Source: Dehalococcoidia bacterium (GTDB lineage Bacteria > Chloroflexota > Dehalococcoidia > Bin125). From it: DNA of 64,000 bases. The translations under genes and the position numbers were made by a program. The notes beneath the pieces are model-generated. The model searched no databases and had not been told where the DNA came from. It saw nothing but the letters and a program-made list of their open reading frames with translations. Where the stretch lies: assembly GCA_965232875.1 (NCBI GenBank), contig OZ247431.1, positions 1,110,273 to 1,174,272 of the forward strand, written 5' to 3'. Positions 27,896-38,435 of this stretch are shown in pieces (position 1 is the first letter of the stretch; each line of letters begins with the position of its first letter).

Positions 27896-28881
27896 CCACC
27901 TTCTCCCTGGGCACCGCCGGCATCGCCTTCGTCCTGGCTCTGCTGGTGGGGCCGTTCATCATTCGCTGGCTGGAGAGTCGCAGCGCCGGAAAATCGATCT
28001 CCGACGAGGGCCCGTCTTCACATCAGGTCAAGGCAGGGACTCCGACGATGGGCGGGCTGATCTTCCTGATTCCCATCGTCGTATTGACCATCGTGGCCAA
28101 CCTCGTCGAAGGCGACCGCTGGTCGATTCTTCTGCCATTGGTCGGAGTCATTGCGCTGGGCGCGATGGGCTACTTCGACGACCTCGGCACGCTGATTGGC
28201 CGAGCGCAGACCGGGCTGACCTGGAAGCTCAAGTTCAGTCTGCTGGCGCTCTTCTCAATCGCGGTCGGTCTGGTGCTCTACTTCGCGCTCGATGTGGAGT
28301 CGCTCAACGTGCCCTGGGCGGGGCAGTACTCGCTCGGTCCGATCTACGTCCTGATCGCCGCTGTCACCGTGTTTGCCACCGTGATCTCCGTCGCCATCTC
28401 CGATGGCCTCGACACGCTCTGTGGAGGCACGGGCGCGATTGCGATCGCATCCTTCGCCGTTATCGCCGTCGGACAGGAACAGGATTTCCTCGTGCGATTC
28501 GGCTTCACCACCGTTGGCGCGCTATTGGGATTCCTCTGGTTCAACGCGCACCCGGCCAAGGTCTTCATGGGCGACACCGGCGCGATGGCGCTAGGCGGCA
28601 CGCTGGCAATCATCGCCTTGATGACCGGGCATTGGCTGTTGCTGCCGGTGATCGGCATCGTCTTCGTACTCGAAGCCGCCTCCGACATCGTGCAGGTTGG
28701 CTGGTTCAAATGGACGCGCCATCGCACCGGCGAGGGCCGGCGCATCTTCCGCATGGCGCCGCTGCACAACCATTTTGAGATGGGCGGCTGGTCCGAGCCG
28801 CAGATTGTGACACGGTTCTGGTTGATCGGAATGGCCGGAGGCATTCTCGGAATCGCCCTGGCATTGCAGGTGCCCAAATGA
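27892..28881 (+). CDS. mraY: Phospho-N-acetylmuramoyl-pentapeptide transferase MraY
   Basis: GTG start overlapping the murF stop (GGAGAGG upstream). GTPTMGG and multiple TM helices. Track start 27685 is an over-extension. Confidence 0.9.
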   Translation: MTTFSLGTAGIAFVLALLVGPFIIRWLESRSAGKSISDEGPSSHQVKAGTPTMGGLIFLIPIVVLTIVANLVEGDRWSILLPLVGVIALGAMGYFDDLGTLIGRAQTGLTWKLKFSLLALFSIAVGLVLYFALDVESLNVPWAGQYSLGPIYVLIAAVTVFATVISVAISDGLDTLCGGTGAIAIASFAVIAVGQEQDFLVRFGFTTVGALLGFLWFNAHPAKVFMGDTGAMALGGTLAIIALMTGHWLLLPVIGIVFVLEAASDIVQVGWFKWTRHRTGEGRRIFRMAPLHNHFEMGGWSEPQIVTRFWLIGMAGGILGIALALQVPK

Positions 28882-30230
28882 CCCTCCCACTGCCAGTCGA
28901 AGCGCCCGACAGCTTTAGCGACCAGACCATCGCCGTGCTCGGCATGGGCATCGAAGGCCGTGATGCTGTGCGCTTCGCAACGCGCGACGGGGCCAGCGTG
29001 ATCACGGTCGACCAGCATTCCGAGCGAGCTGATCGAACCCAGGACGACCTCAACCTCCTGGGCGAAGTCGACGGCATCATCGCCAGCCAGGGAGTCCCCT
29101 ACAACATTCCGCTTCTCGCCGAAGCGAACCGCAGGGGCCTGCCGGTCTACGGGCCCTTGCAGATTTTCCTCGAGCGCTGTCCTGCACCCGTCATTGGAAT
29201 CACCGGCAGCGCCGGTAAGACAACCACGACCACACTGGTCTACGAGATGCTGTCGTCCGCCGGCGTGCCCTGCATTGTCGGAGGCAACATCGGACAGGGA
29301 TTACTCGGTCAACTGCCGGAAATCGGCCTCGACACCACCGTTGTGGCCGAAATCTCGCATTCCCAGCTACTGCGAACGACGCGCAGTCCGCATCTGGCGG
29401 CGATTACCAACATCACACCAAACCATCTAGACCAATTCAGTTGGGCTGACTACCAGGCGCTCAAACTCCGCATCGTCAGGTACCAGTCCTCGCTCGATAC
29501 GGTCGTGCTGCCCTTCGAAGATGAACTGGCTCGCAGCGCAGCGGACTTCACCGAGGCTAGCCAGCGTTGGTTCGGTCTCGGACGACCGTCTGTGCCCTGG
29601 TTCTGCGCCGTCTGGAGCGATGGCCGCGACATCTTGCACAACGAGCATCACGTGATGACCGTCGATGAGTTGCTAATTCCCGGCGAGCACAATCTGCTCA
29701 ACGCGCTCGCCGCACTGGCGATCGTCGCCGACCGCGTCCCTCGCGACGTCGCCGCGCAAGTCTTGCGTTCCTTCAATGGAGTCCCTCACCGCCTCGAACT
29801 CGTCGCGGAAGTCGAGGGAGTCCGATTCATCAACGACTCGATCGCCACCACGCCCGAGCGCACGCTGGCAGGCCTACGTGCGACAACGGGGGAGATCGTG
29901 CTTATGCTCGGTGGTCGCGACAAGAATCTGCCTCTCGATCCCCTCATGACTGAGCTGGAGCGTCACGTCTCACAGGTCGTGCTGTTTGGCGATGCCGCAT
30001 CCGAGTGGACAGCGTGGCTGTCGCGACGAGGCATCAATGCAGTTGACGCCGGCATGTTCGATTCGGCCTTCTCCTGCGCGGCTCGAACGGCGAGATCGGG
30101 GCAAGCAGTGCTGATGTCGCCCGGTGGCACGTCGTTCGACGCCTATCCAAACTTCGAGGCCCGCGGACAGCACTTCCGCGACTTGGTCGCCCAGTGGGCG
30201 AAGGACAGGAGCGCGGACGATGACCGTTAG
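28878..30230 (+). CDS. murD: UDP-MurNAc-L-Ala--D-Glu ligase MurD
   Basis: GITGSAGKTTTTTL motif; Mur ligase fold. Confidence 0.9.
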   Translation: MTLPLPVEAPDSFSDQTIAVLGMGIEGRDAVRFATRDGASVITVDQHSERADRTQDDLNLLGEVDGIIASQGVPYNIPLLAEANRRGLPVYGPLQIFLERCPAPVIGITGSAGKTTTTTLVYEMLSSAGVPCIVGGNIGQGLLGQLPEIGLDTTVVAEISHSQLLRTTRSPHLAAITNITPNHLDQFSWADYQALKLRIVRYQSSLDTVVLPFEDELARSAADFTEASQRWFGLGRPSVPWFCAVWSDGRDILHNEHHVMTVDELLIPGEHNLLNALAALAIVADRVPRDVAAQVLRSFNGVPHRLELVAEVEGVRFINDSIATTPERTLAGLRATTGEIVLMLGGRDKNLPLDPLMTELERHVSQVVLFGDAASEWTAWLSRRGINAVDAGMFDSAFSCAARTARSGQAVLMSPGGTSFDAYPNFEARGQHFRDLVAQWAKDRSADDDR

Positions 30231-31590
30231 TCGAGCAGCCGTGCCTGAGGCAGGAGCTGAGAGTGGCGGAGTACTCGGACGCGTCCGCGTCCCGAATCCT
30301 CGTTCTACACGAGAGCTGATCGAAGGAGGACGATTCACCGTCGGCCGGCGCATCATCCACCGGCTGCGTCGTCCCGCGTCACCGCCCGACTGGGTGCTGG
30401 TCGTCTCGGTCATGGCGCTGGTCTTCATCGGACTGATTTTCGTCTTCTCTAGCTCATTCGCGATATCGCAAGAGTTGCACGGCAACACCCGCTATTTCGC
30501 CCTCAGACAATTGATCGGCGCAGGCATCGGACTGGTTGCCTTCTTTCTGCTCGCCCGGATCGACTACCGCATCTGGCAACGACTCTCGTCGCCGATCATC
30601 TGGGTGTCTCTGCTGTTACTCGCCGCTGTGCTCGTGCCCGGCATCGGTCACGAAGAAAACGGCGCGACACGCTGGATTCAGTTTGGCTCGCTGCCCGCGC
30701 TGCAGCCGTCCGAGTTCGCCAAGCTGGCAATCTGCATCTACGTTGCGGCCTGGCTCGCCGCCAAGGGCGACGAGATCAAGCGCATCCCGCTCGGACTCGC
30801 GCCGTTCTGCATGATCATCGGAGTCATCGGCGGACTGCTCATGCTTGAGCCCGACCTCGGCACCTTCGCCGCCATCGCCTGCACGGGCGTGGTCATGTTC
30901 TTCCTCGCCGGCGCAGCGCTCCGACACATGGTGATGCTCCTAGTCGGCGGCTCGGCGGTGCTGTTCGCCATCGTCGCCGGCGCTGGCTACGGCATGGAAC
31001 GCATCCGCACGTTCTTCAACGCCGAGGACGTCGCGCAGGAGGCCGGCTTCCAGATCATCAATCTCGTCTCGACCCTGGGCTCCGGCGGCCTGACCGGCGT
31101 TGGACTCGGCGCGTCGCGGCAGAAGTTCTTCTACGTTCCCTCGGCCCATACCGATGGCGTCTTCGCGATCATCGGCGAGGAGACCGGCATGCTCGGTGCG
31201 ATGATCGTGCTGACAATCTTTGCGGTGCTGATCTATCGCGGAATCCGCGCGGGCATGCGAGCCGAGGATCGCTTCGGCACCCTGCTTGCCTTTGGCATCG
31301 TTGCCTGGTTTGCGCTCCAGGCATTCTTCAACGTTGCCGGCGTCATGCGCACGATCGTCCTGACCGGCATTCCCTTGCCATTCCTCAGCTTCGGTTCCTC
31401 GGCCCTCATTTCATCCATGGCTGCCGCCGGCATCCTGGTGTCCATCTCCAGACACGGCCGAGGCAGAATGCCCGACCTGGCCGACCCACCGCTCTACGAT
31501 GCAGCGCCAACGCGCGACGTCGCGCCCATGCGCGAGACGAAACAACCCGGACCTTCACCGTTCCACAGCGGACGCGGAGACGGCAACTGA
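30220..31590 (+). CDS. ftsW: SEDS peptidoglycan glycosyltransferase FtsW
   Basis: ATG overlapping the murD stop with AGGAG upstream. Multi-TM FtsW/RodA signatures. Confidence 0.9.
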   Translation: MTVSRAAVPEAGAESGGVLGRVRVPNPRSTRELIEGGRFTVGRRIIHRLRRPASPPDWVLVVSVMALVFIGLIFVFSSSFAISQELHGNTRYFALRQLIGAGIGLVAFFLLARIDYRIWQRLSSPIIWVSLLLLAAVLVPGIGHEENGATRWIQFGSLPALQPSEFAKLAICIYVAAWLAAKGDEIKRIPLGLAPFCMIIGVIGGLLMLEPDLGTFAAIACTGVVMFFLAGAALRHMVMLLVGGSAVLFAIVAGAGYGMERIRTFFNAEDVAQEAGFQIINLVSTLGSGGLTGVGLGASRQKFFYVPSAHTDGVFAIIGEETGMLGAMIVLTIFAVLIYRGIRAGMRAEDRFGTLLAFGIVAWFALQAFFNVAGVMRTIVLTGIPLPFLSFGSSALISSMAAAGILVSISRHGRGRMPDLADPPLYDAAPTRDVAPMRETKQPGPSPFHSGRGDGN

Positions 31591-32717
31591 TGCCTATGGA
31601 GGGAGACGCCAGGAGATTTCGAATCCTGCTCTCCGGCGGAGGTTCAGGCGGGCACGTGTTTCCCGCATTCGCCGTATCCGATGCCCTCCGCCAACTGATC
31701 GGGGAACGGGGCAGCGCCGTCGAGTTCCGCTTCGCCGGCACCGCCGACGGCGTCGAGTCGGAGCTTGCCGCCGAGGCTGGGCTGCCCTACGCCACGATCG
31801 CCGCACGAGCCCTACGCGGTCGAAACATCCTCTCCAAGATGCTCTCAGTTGGGGCAACAGCGACCGGAGTGCTTGATGCCCTCTCCCTGATGCTGCGCTA
31901 CCGACCGCATGCCGTCTTCCTTACCGGCGGCTATGTCTCCGCACCAGTCGGCATCGCCGCCTGGTTGGCCCGGCGACCGATCGTGCTGCTCCAACCCGAC
32001 ATCGAGCCTGGCTGGACGTTGCGCGCGTTGACTCCGTTCGCCAGCAAGATCTGCGTTACCCACGAGCGCTCGACCGAGCGCTACGCAGAGGGGAAGTCGG
32101 TGGTCACTGGCTATCCTCTGCGCCCCGGTTTCGAGGACCTGGACAAGCCACTGGCTCGCGCACATTTCCAACTTAATGGCGGACCGGCATTGTTGGTCAC
32201 GGGAGCCGTTCGTGGTGCGCACCGAATCAACGATTGCATCGCCAATCAGCTTGAACAGTGGCTTGAGCGCACGCAGTTGATTCACATCTCGGGAGTAAAC
32301 GACTACCAGCGCCTGTCGAGTCTGCGCGAATCACTTCCTGCCAAACTGCAGTCTCGGTACCGCCTCTACACCTACATGGCCGAAGAGATGCCGCTGGCCA
32401 TGGCCGCCTGCGATCTCGCGGTGTCGCGTGCCGGCGCGTCGGTGATGGGCGAGTACCCCGCCGCTGGACTGCCAGCCGTACTCGCTCCGCTGGGCGAGGC
32501 CGGTGGACATCAACGCTACAACGCCGAACTGCTGGCCGACGCCGGTGGCGCCGTCGTGCTCGAGAACGATCGTGTGTCCGACGAGCTATATGAGACCACA
32601 ACACAGCTATTGGCCGACCACCAACGGCTTCAATCGATGCGTGAGTCCATGCTCAACCTGCGTCGCATTGACGCGGCCCGACGCATTGCCGAAGTGATCC
32701 TTGGTGTGGCAAAGTGA
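31590..32717 (+). CDS. murG: UDP-GlcNAc:lipid I GlcNAc transferase MurG
   Basis: GGGSGGHVFPA motif. Confidence 0.9.
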   Translation: MPMEGDARRFRILLSGGGSGGHVFPAFAVSDALRQLIGERGSAVEFRFAGTADGVESELAAEAGLPYATIAARALRGRNILSKMLSVGATATGVLDALSLMLRYRPHAVFLTGGYVSAPVGIAAWLARRPIVLLQPDIEPGWTLRALTPFASKICVTHERSTERYAEGKSVVTGYPLRPGFEDLDKPLARAHFQLNGGPALLVTGAVRGAHRINDCIANQLEQWLERTQLIHISGVNDYQRLSSLRESLPAKLQSRYRLYTYMAEEMPLAMAACDLAVSRAGASVMGEYPAAGLPAVLAPLGEAGGHQRYNAELLADAGGAVVLENDRVSDELYETTTQLLADHQRLQSMRESMLNLRRIDAARRIAEVILGVAK

Positions 32718-32724
32718 CGTAACG

Positions 32725-34083
32725 ATGACATTGAACGTTCACTTCGTCGGAATTGGTGGGATTCATATGTCCGCCCTCGCCCACATTCTGTTGGATGACG
32801 GGCTTGTTGTATCTGGTTGCGACCGTGTCGATGCTCCAATCTTGCAATCGCTCCGCGACCGAGGCGCGCGGATTGTCATTGGTCATAACGAACACCACGT
32901 CACGACGGCCACGCAAGTTGTGCGCACCGCAGCCGTCCCCGAGTCGCATCCTGAGATTTCCAGAGCCATCGAACTGGGCATTCCGCTACAAACTCGAGCA
33001 GAGCTGCTGTCCGAGATTGCGTCATCGAGAGACGTGATTGCCGTCGGCGGCTCGCACGGCAAGACCACTACCACCGCGATGATCGCGCACGCCATGCGAG
33101 CCTCGGGCCGCGACGCCGGCTATGTGATCGGCGGCGAAGCGCCAGACTTCTGCATCCACGCCCGACGCGGAACCGATCCCTGGCTGGTGCTAGAGGCCGA
33201 CGAATACGGCCGGGCCTTCCATCACTACACACCGTCAGTCGCGATCCTGACCAACTGCGAGCCTGACCACCTCGACTACTACGGTTCGCAGGCTGCGTTG
33301 GAAGAAGCGTTTCTGCAGTACGTCCGGACCGTGAAGCAAGGCGGCGCGCTCGTGGTTGGTATCGATTCAGCATTGGCCGACCAGATTGCCTCGACCCTTC
33401 ATGCCGAGCGCCCTGACGTACAACTCATTACTTGCTCATCACAATCGTCGGCCGACTACCGGATAGACGGAACTGACGATTCCTACGAACTGACAACACC
33501 TGTCGCGACAGTCGCTGGATCTCTCGTCCAGCCGGGTGAGTACCAACGTCAGAACGCCGCGATCGCATTGGCAGCCCTCGTCACCGCCGGGTTCGACCTG
33601 TCGGATTCAGTAGATGCTCTGAAGACGTTCAACGGCGTCAATCGAAGATTTCAATTGCACGGCGAGTGCAATGACATCGTCGTCCTCGATGACTACGCGC
33701 ACCACCCAACCGAGGTCGCGGCAGCGATTGCGGCAGCTCGCCAGCGCTGGCCTGATCGTCGCATGGTCGTATTGTTCCAGCCGCACACATACACGCGCAC
33801 GTCCTACCTGATTGACGGCTTCCGCACCTGTTTCTCGGCGGCAGATGTCGTCTACACCGTCGACACGTACGCTGCCCGCGCCATGACCGGCGAAGAAATG
33901 ACATCAGAGCAACTGGCCAGCGAAATCGTCGCTCCCGACGCGATTTACGCCGGCTCAGTTGAAGACTCGGGAAGGCTGGCGGCGGCCAACGCGCAGCCTG
34001 GCGATTTGCTGATCACCATGGGCGCCGGCGACATCGACGGCGCGGGCCCAATCATTCTCTCAGCGTTGGAAGCCGCGACATGA
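32725..34083 (+). CDS. murC: UDP-MurNAc--L-Ala ligase MurC
   Basis: HFVGIGGIHMSALA, GSHGKTTTT. Start taken at the ATG; track start 32701 is TTG. Confidence 0.9.
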   Translation: MTLNVHFVGIGGIHMSALAHILLDDGLVVSGCDRVDAPILQSLRDRGARIVIGHNEHHVTTATQVVRTAAVPESHPEISRAIELGIPLQTRAELLSEIASSRDVIAVGGSHGKTTTTAMIAHAMRASGRDAGYVIGGEAPDFCIHARRGTDPWLVLEADEYGRAFHHYTPSVAILTNCEPDHLDYYGSQAALEEAFLQYVRTVKQGGALVVGIDSALADQIASTLHAERPDVQLITCSSQSSADYRIDGTDDSYELTTPVATVAGSLVQPGEYQRQNAAIALAALVTAGFDLSDSVDALKTFNGVNRRFQLHGECNDIVVLDDYAHHPTEVAAAIAAARQRWPDRRMVVLFQPHTYTRTSYLIDGFRTCFSAADVVYTVDTYAARAMTGEEMTSEQLASEIVAPDAIYAGSVEDSGRLAAANAQPGDLLITMGAGDIDGAGPIILSALEAAT

Positions 34084-35015
34084 CTCGGACACGAATTCTT
34101 CAGGCGCTGATGCAGGAGCTGGGTGCGCTCGGTGCAGAGCCGCTGAGTCGTCACACCTTCGTCCAGGTCGGCGGACCGGCCGACTGGTTCGTCGTCGCGC
34201 GCGACAGCAAGGCCCTGATCGCGGCAGTCAGAACCGCGCACTGCGCCGGAACCCCACTGACCGTCCTGGGATCAGGCTCAAACGTCTTGATCCGCGACGG
34301 CGGCATTCGCGGCGTCGTCTTGCGCAACGAATCGAAGCGTTGCCGCAAAGTTGGCGATGCAATGATCGAGGTCGAGTCGGGCTACCGATTCGCCGCCCTC
34401 GCGCGCTCGACCGCTCGTGCCGGACTGGCCGGGTTGGAATGGGCCGCCGGCATCCCCGGAGCGATCGGCGGTGGATTACCCACAAACGCCGGCGCCTACG
34501 GCTCCGACCTGTCCGATGTGCTGGTCTCGATCCGTACGGTCTCGCCCGACGGCGAGTCTTGCCATTTCGAGGCCGACGAACTCGGACTCGGGTACCGAGA
34601 CTCCAGCCTGCGCAGCGGCTCGCTCGCCGGCCACATGATCACGACCGTCACACTGCAACTCCAACACGGCGATGTCTTTGCTTCGCTCGCCGAGATCGAC
34701 AGGGTCGAGTCGCTACGCAAGCAGAATGCGCCGACTGGACCATCGTTGGGCTCGACCTTCAAGAACCCGACAGATGACATCCGTAGCGCCGGACAGCTCA
34801 TTGAAGCTGCCGGACTCAAAGGCGCAAGAATCGGAGCGGCGCAGGTCTCGGATTTGCACGCCAACTACATACGCAACGTTGACGTAGCCCACGCACGCGC
34901 CGCCGATTTCCTCGCACTGATTTCGCAAATCCAGGAGCAAGTGGAAGATCGGTTCGCCGTCAGGCTCGAACCCGAGATCGCCATCATCGGTGAGGAGCCG
35001 CACGATGGCGAGTGA
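34080..35015 (+). CDS. murB: UDP-N-acetylenolpyruvoylglucosamine reductase MurB
   Basis: FAD-binding MurB family. ATGA overlap with murC. Confidence 0.9.
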   Translation: MTRTRILQALMQELGALGAEPLSRHTFVQVGGPADWFVVARDSKALIAAVRTAHCAGTPLTVLGSGSNVLIRDGGIRGVVLRNESKRCRKVGDAMIEVESGYRFAALARSTARAGLAGLEWAAGIPGAIGGGLPTNAGAYGSDLSDVLVSIRTVSPDGESCHFEADELGLGYRDSSLRSGSLAGHMITTVTLQLQHGDVFASLAEIDRVESLRKQNAPTGPSLGSTFKNPTDDIRSAGQLIEAAGLKGARIGAAQVSDLHANYIRNVDVAHARAADFLALISQIQEQVEDRFAVRLEPEIAIIGEEPHDGE

Positions 35016-36114
35016 GCCTCGGACTCTGGGAATTGTCCTGGGCGGCGCATCCGTCGAGCACACCATCTCGGTGCGCTCGGCCCGCGCAGTGATGTTGGCG
35101 GCCAGTCCCGAGCGATGGCGAACGGTACCGTTTGCCGTCACTCGCGAGGGTCGCTGGTTGACCCCTGATGAGTCACGCTTGCGTCTCGAAGCTATTGAGT
35201 CCGGCGCGCCGGAAGAGATCACGCAGTCATACATCAGTCGCGCTCAATACATCAGCGCAGAGACAACGACGGCACTGGCGGCGTGCGATGCCGTCTTCCC
35301 GCTCATTCATGGCACAACTGGCGAGGACGGCACGCTCCAGGGATTCTTGGAAACGCTGGGTGTTCCATACGTCGGACCCGGCGTCGCCGCCTCGGCGATC
35401 GCCATGGACAAAGCCCGCTGCAAGCAGATTCTCCGCGAGGCCGGCATTCCCGTCGCGCCGTCCATCGCGATCACCTGCGACGAATGGCGCGCCGACCCCA
35501 TCGCTGTCACGCGCCGTGCTGCCGAGCTTGGCTACCCCTACTTCGTCAAACCTTCTCGCGGCGGTTCGAGCATCGGTATCAGCCGGGTCAGCTCGCGTGA
35601 AGACTCCAGCGAAGCGATCACAGCGGCATTCGCGTGCGATTCGGAAGTACTGATCGAAGAGGCTATGCCCTCGCCCCGCGAAATCGAATGCGGTGTGCTG
35701 GGTGGCCTGGGAAGCGATCCACCTATCGTCTCGCCGCTCGGTGAAATACGCACGAACCGAGAGTTCTACGACTACGAAGCCAAGTACGAGGACCCTCAGA
35801 CCCAGTTGATCGCTCCAGCAGACGTTGACACTGAGATTGCAGAGCGCATGCAACGTATCGCGCTCCAGGCGTATCGCGCCATTGGCGCGGAAGGCATGGT
35901 CCGCGCCGATTTCCTGCTTGGACGCGACGGACAGATGTGGTTGGGCGAGCTCAACACCATCCCCGGATTCACTTCAGCGTCGATGTATCCCCGATTGTTC
36001 GAAGTCGCTGGCATCCCGCTCTCCGAGCTGGTTGATCGTCTGGTCGAACTGGGAATCGACCGCCATCGGCGCAGTCGTCCGGCCTTTCGAGTGGATCGCG
36101 AGCATCGCCAATGA
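35005..36114 (+). CDS. ddl: D-alanine--D-alanine ligase
   Basis: ATP-grasp. VLGGASVEHTISVRSA, HGTTGEDGTLQGFLE. GAGGAG RBS before the ATG at 35005. Confidence 0.9.
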   Translation: MASEPRTLGIVLGGASVEHTISVRSARAVMLAASPERWRTVPFAVTREGRWLTPDESRLRLEAIESGAPEEITQSYISRAQYISAETTTALAACDAVFPLIHGTTGEDGTLQGFLETLGVPYVGPGVAASAIAMDKARCKQILREAGIPVAPSIAITCDEWRADPIAVTRRAAELGYPYFVKPSRGGSSIGISRVSSREDSSEAITAAFACDSEVLIEEAMPSPREIECGVLGGLGSDPPIVSPLGEIRTNREFYDYEAKYEDPQTQLIAPADVDTEIAERMQRIALQAYRAIGAEGMVRADFLLGRDGQMWLGELNTIPGFTSASMYPRLFEVAGIPLSELVDRLVELGIDRHRRSRPAFRVDREHRQ

Positions 36115-37016
36115 GCGACACTCCAACAACTCCAGAGACTGAAGGTTCCGTCAGCAATGATGTGGTCGTTCAGCCTGTTCCACTCACTCGACGCCAACGC
36201 GTTGGCCAGCGCATCTCATCGCTACCAGCCTTGTCCTGGTTGCCTCGGTTGAGAGTCGCCTGGCCGAGATTTGCGCTGGCGGCCATCGTGATTTCGGTCT
36301 CCTCGCTCGCAGTGATGCTGGCGCTGCTCAATTCGCCCCTGCTGGTGATTGAGACAGTTGAGGTTGAAGGAGCCGACGTGATCTCGGCCGCCTCGGTCAA
36401 ACAACTCGCCGGACTCAAGGGCGAACACGTCTTGTTGGCCGATTTCGAAGCTGCCGAACGCCGGATCGCCGCGCTGCCGATGGTCAAAGAAGTCAATATC
36501 GGTCGGGACTGGCCGAATGGCGTCCGAGTCGTCATAGTAGAACGGACACCGTGGGGCCGGTGGCGGGCCAACGACACAGTGTGGGCATTTGATTCTGAGG
36601 GTGTGATCCTCGAAGGCGCTGCGCCTGCGTTCAACGGACCGATCGTCACGCAGACCTCAGCCTTGCCGGCGATTCGTGCCGGTGCGCAGGTCGATATGAC
36701 CGCCGTCGCGATGGTCGCCGAGCTACACAAGCGTGGCGCTCCACTAACGCTACCCAGCGTGCTCGCTTACGAGTGGTCGTTGACCGACGGACTCGTGGTG
36801 GTCACTGAACACGGACACATCATCTTTGGCGATGCTGATGGACTCGACTTCAAATACGCCGTCTGGGATCTCCTCGAGCGGGAGGCCCTGGGACGCGGTG
36901 AGCCGCTGATTCTGGCCGACCTGCGATTCGGTCTCCGACCCCGGGTCGAGATCGGATTGAATGTCGGTCGAGGCATTCGGATCCAGGACCACTCGACCGC
37001 AAGCATCCCCGAATAG
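36111..37016 (+). CDS. ftsQ: Cell division protein FtsQ/DivIB (POTRA)
   Basis: TM plus POTRA-like domain; position in the dcw cluster. Confidence 0.8.
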   Translation: MSDTPTTPETEGSVSNDVVVQPVPLTRRQRVGQRISSLPALSWLPRLRVAWPRFALAAIVISVSSLAVMLALLNSPLLVIETVEVEGADVISAASVKQLAGLKGEHVLLADFEAAERRIAALPMVKEVNIGRDWPNGVRVVIVERTPWGRWRANDTVWAFDSEGVILEGAAPAFNGPIVTQTSALPAIRAGAQVDMTAVAMVAELHKRGAPLTLPSVLAYEWSLTDGLVVVTEHGHIIFGDADGLDFKYAVWDLLEREALGRGEPLILADLRFGLRPRVEIGLNVGRGIRIQDHSTASIPE

Positions 37017-37057
37017 CTCACGAGCGAAATCAACGAACGACGAAGCCTGGAGCAGTT

Positions 37058-38338
37058 ATGCCGCCAACCTCTACCGCCAGTGTCGCCATCGATCTTGGGT
37101 CGTCGGTCATCACCACGGTCGTCGGTGAGCGCCACGAACTCGGTCACTTGCACATCCTCGGTGTCGGCCAGTCGCCGTCGGTCGGCATCGAAGCCGGGCA
37201 AATCACGCATGTCTCCCGTGCCGCCGCGGCCATTCGCAATTCGCTCGACCAGGCCGAGGCCTCCTCTGCGCGTGAGATTCTCTCCGTCGGGATCGCCGTC
37301 TCTGGACCGCACCTACAGAGCATGAACAATCGCGGCGCGGTCGCGCTGCCATCCTTCGGCGAACCGATCCGCGACTCCGACCTGATTCGAGCCATCGACT
37401 CCGGCCGAGCGGTCACGATCAACACGGCAAGCACGTTGCTCCACGCCATTCCACGCTTCTACGTCGTCGACTCCGAGCGTCGGTCCTTTGATCCGCGCGG
37501 GCAGCATGGTCAACGGCTCGATGTCTCAATGCACCTCGTCACGGCCTCGCAGAGCGCCATCCAAAATTCGGCGCACTGCGTCCAGAATGCTGGCGTCGAT
37601 GTCGAACTGATCGCCGCCAAGCCGGTCGTCGCGGCAGAGCGCGCCATTCGATCGGACGAGAAAGAGTTCGGCGGACTGGTCATCGGACTCGACGCCGGCG
37701 TGACCAGTCTCACCGCATATGAGGATGGCGCCATCTCGCACACATCGGCAATGCAGATTGGCACAAGTCACATTGCTCGTGACCTCTCGATCGGTCTGCA
37801 CTGCACCAACGATGAAGCTCGGCGTGTGATGCAATCACACGGCTACGCCATTCCACAGCTCGTCCCTGAATCGGCGCCGGACATTGAGCTAAACGGCTTT
37901 TCGCCCGATTCCGACCAGGCGCAAGTCATCGCGCCTGGTTTCGTTGCTGAGATCATCTACGCCCGCGTCTGCGAGATCATCACCATGATCGCGAACAGGG
38001 TCACCGAGCACCAACTGCAGCACGCTGTCAACGGCGGAGTCATCTTGACCGGGGCCGGAGCGCTACTCAACGGCGTCGACCTGCTCTTCAGCAAGGGCCT
38101 CGAGACACCAGCGAGGGTAGCGAGCGTCGGCGATGTCTATGGACTGACGGACAAACTCAGCAGACCCGACTCGTTCGGCGCGGTCGGCATGCTGGACTGG
38201 ATGCTCGATTCCGGCGATGCCATGCGGGCCAACCAGACCAGCAACCTGCGCAGACAAGCGGAAGGCACGGGATCCATGTTTGCCTCGCTCGCTTCGGGCG
38301 TGGCCGGACTGGCCCGGGTCTTTAGTCCCAACTCATGA
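37058..38338 (+). CDS. ftsA: Cell division protein FtsA
   Basis: Actin-like ATPase; AIDLGSSVITTVVGE N-terminus. Confidence 0.9.
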   Translation: MPPTSTASVAIDLGSSVITTVVGERHELGHLHILGVGQSPSVGIEAGQITHVSRAAAAIRNSLDQAEASSAREILSVGIAVSGPHLQSMNNRGAVALPSFGEPIRDSDLIRAIDSGRAVTINTASTLLHAIPRFYVVDSERRSFDPRGQHGQRLDVSMHLVTASQSAIQNSAHCVQNAGVDVELIAAKPVVAAERAIRSDEKEFGGLVIGLDAGVTSLTAYEDGAISHTSAMQIGTSHIARDLSIGLHCTNDEARRVMQSHGYAIPQLVPESAPDIELNGFSPDSDQAQVIAPGFVAEIIYARVCEIITMIANRVTEHQLQHAVNGGVILTGAGALLNGVDLLFSKGLETPARVASVGDVYGLTDKLSRPDSFGAVGMLDWMLDSGDAMRANQTSNLRRQAEGTGSMFASLASGVAGLARVFSPNS

Positions 38339-38435
38339 ACCCGTCACCGGCGCGACCGTCCAATGTGCGGACGGCGGCCACCAGCACATCGATTGACGAA
38401 CGCAGCAACGACCGACGAACGAGAGGATCGCGCAG